From: Octopus vulgaris
Taxonomy: Eukaryota
Assembly (NCBI GenBank): GCA_951406725.2
Contig: OX597829.1
Coordinates: 51,894,001 to 51,958,000, forward strand
Length of the DNA: 64,000 bases
Direction: 5' to 3'
Of this stretch, positions 50,843-62,825 are shown piece after piece. The first letter of the stretch is position 1. Every line of letters starts with the position of its first letter. The notes below the pieces were generated by a model. The model had not been told where the DNA came from. It worked only from the letters and a program-made list of their open reading frames with translations, and did not search any database. The translations under genes and the position numbers were made by a program.

Positions 50843-52346
50843 GGTTTACACTCACAGAGTGGTTGGCATTAGGAAGGGCATCCAGCTGTAGAAACTCTGC
50901 CAGATCAGTCTGGAGCCTGGTGCAGCCCCTGGCTTCCCAGACCCCGGTCAAACCGTCCAACCCGTGCTAGCGTGGAAAACGGACGTTAAACGATGATGAT
51001 GGTATATACACGACTGGCTTCTTTCAGTTTCCGTCTATCAAATCCATTCGCAAGGCTTTGGTCGGCCTGAGGCTATAGTAGAAGACACTTTCCCAAGGTG
51101 CCACACAGTAGGACTGAACCTGGGACCATGTGGTTCGTAAGCAAGCTACTTACCACACAGCCATTCCCACGCCATTTTCTCTTTACTTTTGTAAACCATG
51201 TTCTTTCCTAACTTGTTTTCCAACAGCATCACCCTCTTTCTGCTACACTGGTTTGCAGTCTGGAATATGTGTCTTTTGTAGCTCTACCATTCTGTATTTA
51301 CAAAGTCAGAAAACAGCACAGCTCCCGTGACTTCAGGAAACATTTCTTCACGCTAAGAGTTGCTGAAGTATGGAACAAACTGCCGGCATCAGTTGTTAGT
51401 TGTTGGAGCACTGCATCCTTCAAAACTTCCATGCTTCCTGAGATTCGCCAACACTACACCTGATTTCCTCCTCTCCATACACACACAAGCATGTATCTGA
51501 CTCATACACTGTTCACTTTCCAGACATTTGTACATTACTGCATGTACTTTATATGCACTTTTTGACAAGTTGTGGTGCACCTGAGCACTGTATACAAAAA
51601 TTTTATTATTATTATTTTCACTACCATGTCACTCTCTTTCAAGCTGGAACCGTTTCTCACAGCAGATTGTTCTCTTGAAACTCCTCCATCTCAATTCCCT
51701 CCCCCCCTTTCTGCTGTATGTGTCAGCTGGTACTTCTCAACCTATTGTTTTGTCAAGGGTTCTTTCAAGTTCCATATCTTTCTCTGACACACCATCTTGA
51801 GTCTTTCTAAATTTTATCCTAAGGTTGCTAATCACTGGTCTTATGTTGACTCGTACATTTTTTCACAGCAGAGCAATTTAGTGTTTAGAACCAGTTAGCT
51901 GTCTCATTTCTCGGCGAGTATGGCCTGGGTATCCACATGATTAGTAAACAATCAGCTGGTTTCCTGTAGTTACTCATTCCCTCCATAGAATTCTGCGAGC
52001 CTCCATGCATGTCAGACAAGGCAACAAGATGTTGCCCAACATATTTACTAGGTCATTAGCCATTGAAATGAGGTTACTATCATTATTATTCAGGAGATTT
52101 GCCTGAGAGCCTCATAAAAGTGGTCCTTCTGAACAGCTCCCAGTCCTGATTGCATGTTGTATATAGGGCTCAAGTGTAGCTGTTGTGTTCTTCATGACTG
52201 GTTTAAGCTTTTCATTTTATTGTCCATAGGAGCAGGTGTGGCTGTGTGGTAAGAAGTCTATTTCTTAACTACATGGTTCTAGGTTCAGTCTCACTGCATG
52301 GCACCTTAGGCAAGTGTCTTCTATAGCTTCAGGCTAAACAAATCCT

Positions 52347-52396
<50 letters not shown>

Positions 52397-53037
52397 TTTA
52401 TTTATCTATATATATATGTGTATGTGTATGTTTGTCCCCAACTGGTGTTGGTGTGTTTACATCCCTGTAACTTAGCAGTTCAGCAAATGAGACTGCTATA
52501 ATAAGTACCAGGCTAAAACAATAGATACTGATGTCGGTACATCTGACTAAGCTTCTTCAAGGTGGTGTCCCAGCATGGCTGCAGTCTGATTACTAAAACC
52601 AATAAAAGATTCTGCCTACCTCAGTTACCTTATCTACCTGTTTTCTGACAACAGTATACTTCCACCCACTGCATTGCTATGACCACCCACCCACAATAAT
52701 TTGTACTCTGGAAGACTCCTGGAGTAATTTTCATCTTGCCTCTTGCTCACTGTACACTTCTCTTTACCTCCACCTTGGTATCTCTATCTTTCATCGTTGT
52801 GATGTTGATGGGGGTTGTCGTAAAGCTTTGAACCTGACAGCAACAGGGAATATCCTGTAGTGGGTGTGTAAATTAAATGACTGTTTTCAGATTGTTTGGT
52901 GATGGTCAGTGGAGTTCCCACAAATAGTCAAATGCTTCCACCTCTAATTGATTTGCTATTCTTTCTTTCGTTCACTAACGAATTACTACCAGTAATTACC
53001 AACATGATGTATGAATAATATTTTTATGACCCAGTTA

Positions 53038-53443
53038 GGCGCAGGAGTGGCTGTGTGGTAAGTAGCTTGCTAACCAACCACATGGTTCCGGGTTCAGTCC
53101 CACTGCGTGGCATCTTGGGCAAGTGTCTTCTGCTATAGCCCCGGGCCAACCAATGCCTTGTGAGTGGATTTGGTAGACGGAAACTGAAAGAAGCCTGTCG
53201 TATATATGTATATATATATGTATGTGTATGTATATGTTTGTGTGTCTGTGTTTGTGCCCCTAGCATTGCTTGACAGCCGATGCTGGTGTGTTTACGTCCC
53301 CGTCACTTAGCGGTTCGGCAAAAGAGACCGATAGAATAAGTACTGGGCTTACAAACAAAAAGTCCTGGGGTCGATTTGCTCGACTAAAAGGCGGTGCTCC
53401 AGGATGGCCGCAGTCAAATGACTGAAACGAGTAAAAGAGAGAG
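53038..53443 (+). mobile_element. SINE family A, full-length
   Basis: Near-identical to 42987-43376. Confidence 0.9.
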
Positions 53444-53645
53444 TTCATTTGACTGCTCCCCCATCTCCTAATAATCACCACCACACTTATTTCATGATTG
53501 TAACTTTGTCTAAAGATGAATCCATAAAACCCATTTGCACCGACTGTTATAACTTTAAAATGAATGCACATCATGGTTACTTGAACTGCTAAAAATAGCA
53601 TCTAATTGACTACATTAACTTCTTTCTCAAATTGCAGCCTTGTAC

Positions 53646-54061
53646 CTCTTTTCTCTTTTTCTTTTTTACTTGTTTCAGTCATTTGACTGTGGCCATACTG
53701 GAGCACCGCCTTTAGTCGAGCAAATCGACCCCGGGACTTATCCTTTGTAAGCCCAGTACTTATTCCATCGGTCTCTTTTGCCGAACCGCTAAGTGACGGG
53801 GACGTAAACACACCAGCATCGGTTGTCAAGCAATGCTAGGGGGACAAACACAGACACACAAACACACATACATATATATATATATATACATATATACGAC
53901 AGGCTTCTTTCAGTTTCTGTCTACCAAATCCACTCACAAGGCTTTGGTCAGCCCAAGGCTATAGTAGAAGACACTTGCCCCCAAGATGCCACGCAGTGGG
54001 ACTGAACCCGGAACCATGTAGTTGGTTAGCAAGCTACTTACCACACAGCCACTCCTGCGCC
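53646..54061 (-). mobile_element. SINE family A, full-length, inverted relative to the 53038 copy
   Basis: Reverse complement of the family consensus; ends 55 nt before the KIF4 acceptor at 54116. Confidence 0.9.
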
Positions 54062-54116
54062 TAAGTTATAAATAAATTTTATATAATTATCTTAAATGTA
54101 AATTTCTGTTTTGTAG

Positions 54117-54301
54117 GATATAATGCAACTGTCCTTGCCTATGGCCAAACGGGCAGCGGCAAGACCTATACAATGGGAGGTGCGTACACAGATGATATGC
54201 CTGAGGAAACTAGAGGAATAATACCAAGAGTTCTTATCGATATTTTTGCAGAATTCAAAACAAGAGATATGAAAGTCTCTGCAGGTGTTTCTTATTTAGA
54301 G
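54117..54301 (+). CDS. KIF4: KIF4-like coding exon 2 with P-loop ([21 protein letters not shown]...GIIPR...VSYLE)
   Basis: Acceptor ttttgtag; Walker A GQTGSGKT; donor GAG|GTAAG; phases 1 and 0. Confidence 0.95.
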
Positions 54302-55308
54302 GTAAGGCGTTTTTTTTTTTCTTTCTTTCCTTCTTTCTCTTTTCTTCTCTTTTTCTTTTCTCTTCTTTCTTTCTTTCTCTCTTTCTTCCCTTTCTTTCCC
54401 CTTCCCTCTTTCTCTCTCTCTTTCTTTCATTCGTTTGTTTAAAATAAATATTACAGTATTCTAATGAGAATTTTCTAATTTTGAAAATGTAAATATGTAC
54501 CTACGAGCAAAACGCCCCCCTGTCCGATGGACAGTGTTGAATTGTCAAACATTTAAACCAAATTTTCTCAACCGTCCCATAGGCTTCCCCTTTGAGAAAT
54601 GCTGATTTAACCTAAATTTGAGACACCAGCAAAAGAAGAAATAAAGATAGACTTTTTTTTTATTCCAAAGAAAAACGATTTTATTCACACAAATATGCAA
54701 CCGAAGAGTTTAAAGTATCAGAAATGATAAGGCTGTTGACTGGGAGAACACAAACATGGTTTAAGCAGTAAGCTTGGCAGGAAAGAAATGTGCCTTTAAG
54801 CAGTACAAAAACAACAAAAAATGGAAAGTGCAGTTATGTACAGGTTGACGGAAGAAGAGCAGGACAAAAACGATGCATGCAAATGGGTTAGCTGGAGGTA
54901 AATCTAGATGGAAAAGCATGATGATTTTTTTGTGCAAACTGCACGTGCATTTTCCTCGCGTATTCGTAGAATCGATCGTCACAGCTGATGTACTTGTGTG
55001 TACAAATGCACCTTCCCACGGGCTTTATCGATTGCATTCTCACCAGGAATTGATTTTTGTAAATTTTTCAAGACTTTTATACACGCCCTGATACCTTCGG
55101 TATCTACATATCAAATTTGAGTGCAATCAGATGGAGGATGCCCGAGATCCTAGAAGACACACAAACACAGACAGACAGACAGAACGGATTTTATATAATA
55201 GATTTGTTTCTAAAATTTATTTCTAAACCAGGATAGAATACTTAAGATGAAGTGTTAAATATTGTCTCTATAATGTTTATTCAAATTATAAATATTATAT
55301 ATTTAAAG

Positions 55309-55392
55309 ATTTATAAAGAAGAGATCCATGATCTGCTTTCTGAGCAGAAAGACCAGTTATGCATCAGGGAAGATTACAGTGGTGATATAATG
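55309..55392 (+). CDS. KIF4: KIF4-like coding exon 3 (IYKEEIHDLLSEQKDQLCIREDYSGDIM)
   Basis: IYxEEIxDLL and IRED kinesin motifs; AAG acceptor; donor ATG|GTAAGT. Confidence 0.92.
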
Positions 55393-56157
55393 GTAAGTTC
55401 CTCTGCATTTTAAGTTTTATTAGTTATTAGGTTTGGAAACATTTTTGTAAGTCTTCAGCTTTCAAATTATTCTGTCAAATGTATTGCCATTTATTAACAT
55501 TATTTTGGATTAATCATGCTTTATCTTGTAGTTTTGAGAATTCGATGATGTAAATAGTTACTTTTAGAATGACATTGTATATGTGTGAGAGGCTACACCA
55601 GGTAATATAAAACAGGTAGAATATTTGGACTGGATAAAGATGCTAAAGGGTTAAATTTTGTTTCTGACATTTTTTTTTTCTTTCTCAAATATAAACCTGT
55701 CAGGTATTGCTAAACCAGCCTCGCCTGGCCCCCGTGCCGGTGGCACGTAAAAAGCACCCACTACACTCACGGAGTGGTTGGCGTTAAGAAGGGCATCCAG
55801 CCGTAGAAACACTGCCAGATCAGACTGGAGCCTGGTGCAGCCTTCTGACTTCACAGACCCCAGTTGAACCATCCAACCCATGCTAGCATGGAAAGCGGAC
55901 GCTAAATGATGATGATGATGATGAAATGGTTGTCAAATGGTTGCCAGTGTCATTCACCTCCAAGGTTTCTGTGAAAGCATGTCTGGTCATGATGGTGGTG
56001 GGGTTAGGGTCACCTCTTGCTTGGGAACAGGTGAGGGTTGGTGACAGTTAAGGCATCCAGCCATGGAAAATCTGCTTCGTTAAACTCTGCCTGACCCATG
56101 CACGTATGGAAAAGTGGACGTTAAAATGATGCTAATATACATTTCTGGATATTTCAG

Positions 56158-56324
56158 ATTCCTGGTCTAACAGAAGTGTCCGTTTCTGATTTTACATCTA
56201 CAATGGCTTGTTTGACAAAGGGATCTACAGTGCGTTCAACTGGTTCAACAGCCATGAATGCTCAGTCAAGTCGATCGCATGCTATCTTCACCATTACTTT
56301 CACTATCACTTCAAAGACAGACAC
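56158..56324 (+). CDS. KIF4: KIF4-like coding exon 4 with switch I (IPGLTEV...STAMNAQSSRSHAIFTI...)
   Basis: Acceptor atttcag; NxxSSRSH motif; donor AC|GTGAGT, phase 2. Confidence 0.95.
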
Positions 56325-56791
56325 GTGAGTTTCATTTGATTTTCCCCTTGTGTGTTTCCCAAATGTAGATGTTAAAGTTTATTGAATTGATTTCCATGTG
56401 CAAGTGTGTGTGTGTTTGTGTATGTAAAGAGGCTAAGTGTGTGAGTGTATGTAAACAGAATGGGTGTGTGTAGGCAAGGAGATTGTAATGTAATGGGATT
56501 AGATGTGTTTTTGTGTAAGGACCTATATGTTTGTGTGTAAAGAAATTCAATATGTGTGTGTAAGAAAGAGCACCTGACTACAGAAAATCCACCCCGTCAA
56601 GTTCCATTCAAAAGTGAAATTTATGAGCATTTAAGGAAACTGGCTTGCATGCTTGTGTAAGGAGACATGAAGGGGTGTGTTTGGTTAAGTGGGGTACACT
56701 TCTGATTTTAAGTTTTAAGTAATATTTTCTTCAACATTTTAGTTACGTAATTTATTTTTATATTCATATAATTTTTCTTGATCAATTTAAG

Positions 56792-56886
56792 TGTTGATGT
56801 CCGGAAAGCTAAATTTCACTTGGTGGACTTAGCTGGTTCTGAAAGAATAAAGAAGACAATGGCAGAAGGAGATCGTCTCAAAGAAG
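56792..56886 (+). CDS. KIF4: KIF4-like coding exon 5 with switch II ([26 protein letters not shown])
   Basis: DLAGSER motif; [12 protein letters not shown] is characteristic of kinesin-4; phases 2 and 1 fit the neighbours. Confidence 0.95.
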
Positions 56887-57129
56887 GTAATCTAATGTTT
56901 CAGTTTCTTTCCTTCTCATATTTTCATTTTAGGTCAAAGTTTTCTATATTGGTATATCTTATGAGGTGTTTTTATTTGCTAGAATTTTATTTTGGTACCT
57001 ACTCACCTCATGTCACTTATGGCTCTAATACAAGCGTCTTGTTTGAAAGTGATCTGAATTAAATCTTCCATCAAAGTTTTATATTAATTTAAGGTCCTAG
57101 GCACCAGCTTCATAATGACGAAGTTAACG

Positions 57130-57510
57130 AAGACCGAAAGAGTACATTTGCAAATAAATGTGATTGAAATTGGGTTTTGCTGAAGAGCCTCTGGATATCA
57201 GGGAGTCTCTCCATGTTGAATTCCTCCCTCTCTGCATTGGGAAGTCACAGCTCCGGTGCTACAGACGTGTGATTAGAATGTTGCATGAAAGTATTGCAAG
57301 ACAGATTCTTCGAGCCAAGCCAACAGGCAGGAGACCAAGGGGTAGATCAAGAACAAGATGGTTGAATAATATCCATAGCTTCAGTTGGTCCAAGGTTGGG
57401 AAGTTTTGAAGGATGTCTAATCCCAGTTGCTTCTGGCAGAACCCTATGGAGGTGGTGCCTGAGGACTCTATCTCCACAACCCTCCCAGGAATAGTGGGGG
57501 GGATGATGAC
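57130..57510 (+). mobile_element. Older RTE-clade 3' fragment nested in a piggyBac-type MITE
   Basis: SQLRCYRRVIRM...ARQILRAKPTGRRPRGRSRTRWLNNI; MITE end GTAACAAAAAGGG-TTAA at ~57548-57564. Confidence 0.65.
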
Positions 57511-57752
57511 TGAATGGACAATGGCAATATATTTCAACAAAAATATAGTAACAAAAAGGGTTAAAGTGACAATGTTAGTGTGACTCAATCATGCGTAAAG
57601 CTGACTAATAATGTCCCAGGTAAGGTGAGTAAAATATAGTGTTGGGTATTTTATTCCTTTTGTTGAAAATCATGTGTATTTCTTACTCAAGTTTTATTTC
57701 TCTTTAATTTCATTTGTGGTTCTATTTCCTTTTACTTTTTAATATTTTGTAG

Positions 57753-57872
57753 GAATCAATATCAATAAAGGCCTTCTCTCTCTTGGAAATGTCATCAGTG
57801 CCCTTAGTCTTGAAGGCGGTAAACGAGGTCATGTACCTTATAGGGATTCCAAATTGACTCGAATATTGCAAG
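57753..57872 (+). CDS. KIF4: KIF4-like coding exon 6 ([18 protein letters not shown]...[14 protein letters not shown])
   Basis: Acceptor ttttgtag; [10 protein letters not shown] motif; donor G|GTAAT. Confidence 0.95.
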
Positions 57873-59109
57873 GTAATAACACGATTTTATTAACCCTTCT
57901 TTAGCTTTCAGGATTACTTCATCAAATGTAATGCTTATTTATTTATTCACATCGTTTTGAATTAATCGTACATTAATCTTGTAGCTTGGAGATTTTGGTG
58001 ATGTGATTGTTAATTTTTAGAATGACATTGTGCAGGATGTGTGCAAGGCCAGATCTGGTCAATTTGAACATAGAACAGGTAGAATATTTGGGTTGGATAT
58101 GGCCAGGTTAAATGCTAATAGGTTAATTCTAAGCTTCAGTTTTATGTTTATTGCTTTCTCGTTACTAAAATCTGATGATTCTTGTGATGTGCAGCTGAAT
58201 TTCTTTTCTTAATTGGGAAGATTTCCAATGTCCATTTAATCTTCTATTGGAGGCCACATTCCTTTACTAAATTCATTATGGGTGATATTTATCGAAATAC
58301 AAATTACTATCATATTACCAACAGCATCGTCTGTTTCATGCTTGTAAATGTTGGTCTGTTGAAGTCAAATGAACTTGAAACATATTTTGCTGGAGAAAAT
58401 ACTTTATGATCAGAAATTCGGATTTAAGTAGGATGCTTTTAGTACTAATGATGCTGTACCTCAGAATCTAAATATGGTTTTGATGAAATTTGTATTTATT
58501 GACAATCCATGTTATTTACCTCGCCTGGCCCCCGTGCCGGTGTCACGTAAAAGCATCATTCGTTCGTGTCTGTTGCCAGCCTGGCCTGGCCCCCATGCTG
58601 GTGGCACGTAAAAGCACCATCTGTTCGTGGCCGTTTGCCAGCGCCGTCTGGCACCTGTGTGGGTGGCACGTAAAAAGCACCCACTACACTCACGGAGTGG
58701 TTGGCATTAGGAAGGGCATCCAGCCGTAGAAACACTGCCAGATCTGACTGGGCCTGATGCGGCCTTCCGGCTTCCCAGACCCCAGTTGAACCGTCCAACC
58801 CATGCTAGCATAGAAAACGGACGTTAAACGATGATGATGATGATGGCTGCTAACATTAAACCAGGTTTATCTTTTTACAGCAGTTTTGTGTGCAGTCTTC
58901 TAGAAGTATGTCTAGTAAAAAAAAAGTGCACTCCGTTCCTGCTCATTAGTTAATGATTTCATAAGTATGATTAAGGGTCTTTATAGAAGTGTCTATTGCT
59001 CCTGTATCAAAATTTTACTTTTTTTTTTTAATTTGATAAAATATTTTGTTTTTCATTAATTTTTTAAAAAGTGTTTTTCATTCTTTAAAAAATTTAATAC
59101 TTGAATTAG

Positions 59110-59332
59110 ATTCTCTTGGAGGAAATAGTTACACCCTGATGATTGCATGTATCAGTCCTGCTGATGTGAATTTGGAAGAATCAGTGAATACGTTGAGATA
59201 TGCTGAGCGTGCAAGTCACATTAAGAACAAACCTTTGATTAACCGAGACAAACGAGCAGCCGAGATCCAGGAACTGAAACAGTGCGTGGAAACCCTGAAA
59301 GCAGAACTGATTAGGGTCACCGGCAGTGGAAG
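59110..59332 (+). CDS. KIF4: KIF4-like coding exon 7, end of motor plus neck ([19 protein letters not shown]...[14 protein letters not shown])
   Basis: Conserved motor C-terminus and neck coil; phase 1 in; donor AG|GTAAAT, phase 2. Confidence 0.95.
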
Positions 59333-60282
59333 GTAAATCAGTTTATACATATATATATATATGATATGCTTAATCATCATCATCATCATCGTTTAACGTC
59401 CGTTTTCCGCTCTAGCACGGGTTGGATGGCTCGACCGGGGTCTGGGAAGCCAGGGGCTGCACCAGGCTCCAATCTGATCTGGCAGAGTTTCTACAGCTGG
59501 ATGCCTTTCCTAACGCCAACCACTCCGCGAGTGTAGTACTTAATGATTTCATTAACTTATTAACCCTTTTGGTACCAACCCAACTGAGACCACCCCCCCA
59601 ACTGGTTCTATGAAAGAAACTTGTTTTAAAGTAACCTAAAATAAAATCTCATATTAAATTTTGTTTCAAACACCAGCTTAACCCTTTTGCATTTAACCCT
59701 TCAGTGTTTAAAGCGGCCATATCCGGCCCAAATATTCTAAATGTTTTATATTCAAACTGGCGATATCTGGCCTCTCACACTTAACCTACAATGTCATGCT
59801 AAAAATAAACAATCACATCACTGAAACCTCAAAGCTATAAGATAATGCATGATTAATTCAAAACAATTTGAGTGAAAAGGTATTCAGAGTAATCTGAATA
59901 CTAAAGGGTTAAACTGGTCATATCTGGCCCAAGTATTTTAGAAATGAAAGCCAAATCTACTTCAAATCACACCTGTCATTCTTTTAAAGATGAAAAGTAA
60001 GGACACATACAAAAAAAAAAACCAAAAAACAGGATGGTGAAGGGCAGAATCTCTTATCAGGGACTCGGTTCAATGGCTGAAACAAGTAAAAGATAAAGAT
60101 AAGAAATGTGGTTGAAAACTACATACTTTCCCCTTTAAAAAATAACATTTGATACATCTTACATAACAGTAAATGCAGTCTTAAGCCTTTTGATGTGTGA
60201 GACTATAATTTCCTTTTCCTGCCATACTTATAAATCAATTTCAAGATAATTGGAAATTTTTTTTATATTTAACATTTTTCAG

Positions 60283-60331
60283 CGATCATGAAGACTATCA
60301 ATCAATTGTGGAGAAACTGGAACTGAAGGCG
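60283..60331 (+). CDS. KIF4: KIF4-like coding exon 8 ((S)DHEDYQSIVEKLELKA)
   Basis: Acceptor atttttcag; donor GCG|GTTTGT; phase 2 in and 0 out joins exons 7 and 9 in frame; coiled-coil-like composition. Confidence 0.75.
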
Positions 60332-60352
60332 GTTTGTAATTTACAATGTTTA

Positions 60353-60863
60353 TCTATATATATAAAACTGTAGTTGTGTGAGTGTCTGTCCCCTTCGATT
60401 TAGATTCCTAACTACTCACACATTTTGCGGTGCAGTTTAACCAAATTCGGGTATCTTATAGTCGTGATTCATATCGAGTCCTTCTGAGTATTAGCGTGCG
60501 GCTACGATGAGTCTACGATTTTAAAAATAATTTAACATCATTTTTTATTCCATTTTAATGCATATTTTTTCATGTGTCGATGGCGGCGGAGTTGGCGTCC
60601 ACGCTCACAGCTGCACCTGTGTTGCTTTTCCCCCTTCCCTCCCTCGTGAAGCTGTGGGGGAGGGAGTGTAAGGAAATCAATGTCGTAAAGCGTTGTCAAG
60701 GAGACCAGCGTTCTTTTAGAACAACGACTTCATGGCTTGAAGACACCAAAACAGAAATGGCTAAGAAAGCCTGAATTGGCATCTATAAGGGAAGTAACTC
60801 TCTAAAAATGCTTATATAGTTATTTCCCTTACAAACCCGAGCAACGCCGGGCGATACTGCTAG
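60353..60863 (+). mobile_element. Non-autonomous Helitron-like element
   Basis: A|TC 5' end; CCCG-AGCAACGC-CGGG hairpin; CTAG|T 3' end; no TSD. Confidence 0.8.
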
Positions 60864-61979
60864 TATTTTATATAATTGTAGTGATGAAGTGAGATGCAGT
60901 TTTTGGTTATTAATGCAAGTCTTGTGCACTCCCTGGGCAAAACATAAGCTAAAGCTTCGTATCTAATTTAAGAAAATGCATGTCTTTGCCTCTTAGAATA
61001 TGAGTTCTTTTGTAGAAATCTATCCATCCATCATCATCATCTATTTGTGTTCCAAGCCGGCATAGGTTAAGTAGCCGAACAGGCTCTGAAAGGCCCAAGG
61101 ACTGCATCCTGCCCTGTTATTTGGCATGATTTCTATGGCTGGTTTCCCTTCCTAATGTCATCCGCTGAACAGCATGTAACTGGGTTTTTTTTTCTTGCCT
61201 CCAGTACAAGTATTGATATTGGGTGAGAAGTGGAGGGACCTTATATTTCAAGGAGAATAAAGAGAAGTGAGGAAGAAAGGGCCAGAGCAGAATGAGTTTC
61301 TTGTTGTAGAGGAGTAATATGATTGTTGGCATTTTAGAAGAGTGCCAGGTGTGGAGCTGGACATTGGTGATGAGGTGCCAAAATGGACCTTCAATGGAGA
61401 ATGTGGCTAGGAATGGATGGGGTAGGGGTGCCAAGAGTGAGTGTGTGGAGTAGGGCTATGTCTGATGGTGCAGGGCAACAATATAAGAATGATGCTACGG
61501 TAAACTGGGGTGAAAGAGGGATCACATGTTGTGGTGGGAGTGATTGGGTAGAGTGATAGACAGGTGCAGTGTTTGAGGAGGGTGAGATATGTAGTGGGTG
61601 GGTAATTAATGAAAATACGGATGGAGTTCAATGTTAATGGATGGTAATGGATAATATGTGAGATGGTTCTGAAGTATAATATCATTTCGCTAATTGCGTA
61701 AACTTTTCTTATTTTTGTTTTAACCTTTCGTTACCAATCTGGTTGAAACCACCTCTGGCTCTGTAGTACTAATGTTTTGTTTTCATAAGTTTTGAATTAA
61801 AATCTTCCCCCAAACCTTAGTCACAATTTATGTTCCTAACACTAGCTGAATGATTTACTAAATTCTTTATGTTTGAAATTAATTGAAAGAAACACAGAGC
61901 ATCTCAAAATAAATACAGTAACGAAGGAGTTAATATTCAATTTAATTGAGGCAGTGAGTTGACAGAATTGTTAGCATGA

Positions 61980-62149
61980 GGCGCAGGAGTGGCTGTGTGG
62001 TAAGTAGCTTGCTAACCAACCACATGGTTCCAGGTTCAGTCCCACTGCGTGGCACCTTGGGCAAGTGTCTTCTGCTATAGCCCCGGGCCGACCAATGCCT
62101 TGTGAGTGGATTTGGTAGACGGAAACTGAAAGAAGCCCGTCGTATATTG

Positions 62150-62195
<46 letters not shown>

Positions 62196-62405
62196 ATATG
62201 TTTGTGTGTCTGTGTTTGTCCCCCTAGCATTGCTTGACAACCGATGCTGGTGTGTTTACGTCCCCGTCACTTAGCGGTTCGGCAAAAAAGACCGATAGAA
62301 TAAGTACTGGGCTTGCAAAAGAATAACTCCCGGGGTCGATTTGATCGACTAAAAGGCGGTGCTCCAGCATGGCTGCAGCCAAATGACTGAAACGAGTAAA
62401 AGAGT
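61980..62405 (+). mobile_element. SINE family A nested in the head of an older family B SINE
   Basis: Family B head GGCAGTGAGTTGACAGAATTGTTAGCATG resumes as ATGCCAGGCAAAATACTTAGC after the insertion. Confidence 0.85.
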
Positions 62406-62688
62406 ATGCCAGGCAAAATACTTAGCTATGTCTTGTCTGTCTTTCTGGTCCGATTTGAAATTTGTTCTCTTTTTTTTGTGGTCAATAGAATAAGTACCAG
62501 CAGTGAGGTCAATGTAAATGACCTACCCCTTGTGCCAAAATTTGAAACTGGTGTTTAACTTATCTAATTATCTTTTATACAAGTGAATGAGTATTTAAAT
62601 GAAGTGTTAACTTAGGGATTCTCTTAACGGTTTTGCTTTGTTATTGATGCTAATGGAAGCTTTGCTAAAATCAGACATTTCCTTTCAG

Positions 62689-62825
62689 AAAGAAAATAGT
62701 ATTCTAAGTGAAGAATTGAAATTAGCAATAGACAGAGAAACAGATTTGCTGAACAAAGTCCTTGACACTGAAGCATCCCGAGACACTTTCCAAGAATGCT
62801 TAACTTCTATCTTGAGCCATCTTAA
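62689..62825 (+). CDS. KIF4: KIF4-like coding exon 9, stalk coiled coil (KENSILSEELKLAIDRETDLLNKVLDTEASRD...); gene continues beyond window
   Basis: Acceptor tttcctttcag; heptad pattern; donor AA|GTAAGT. Confidence 0.85.
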
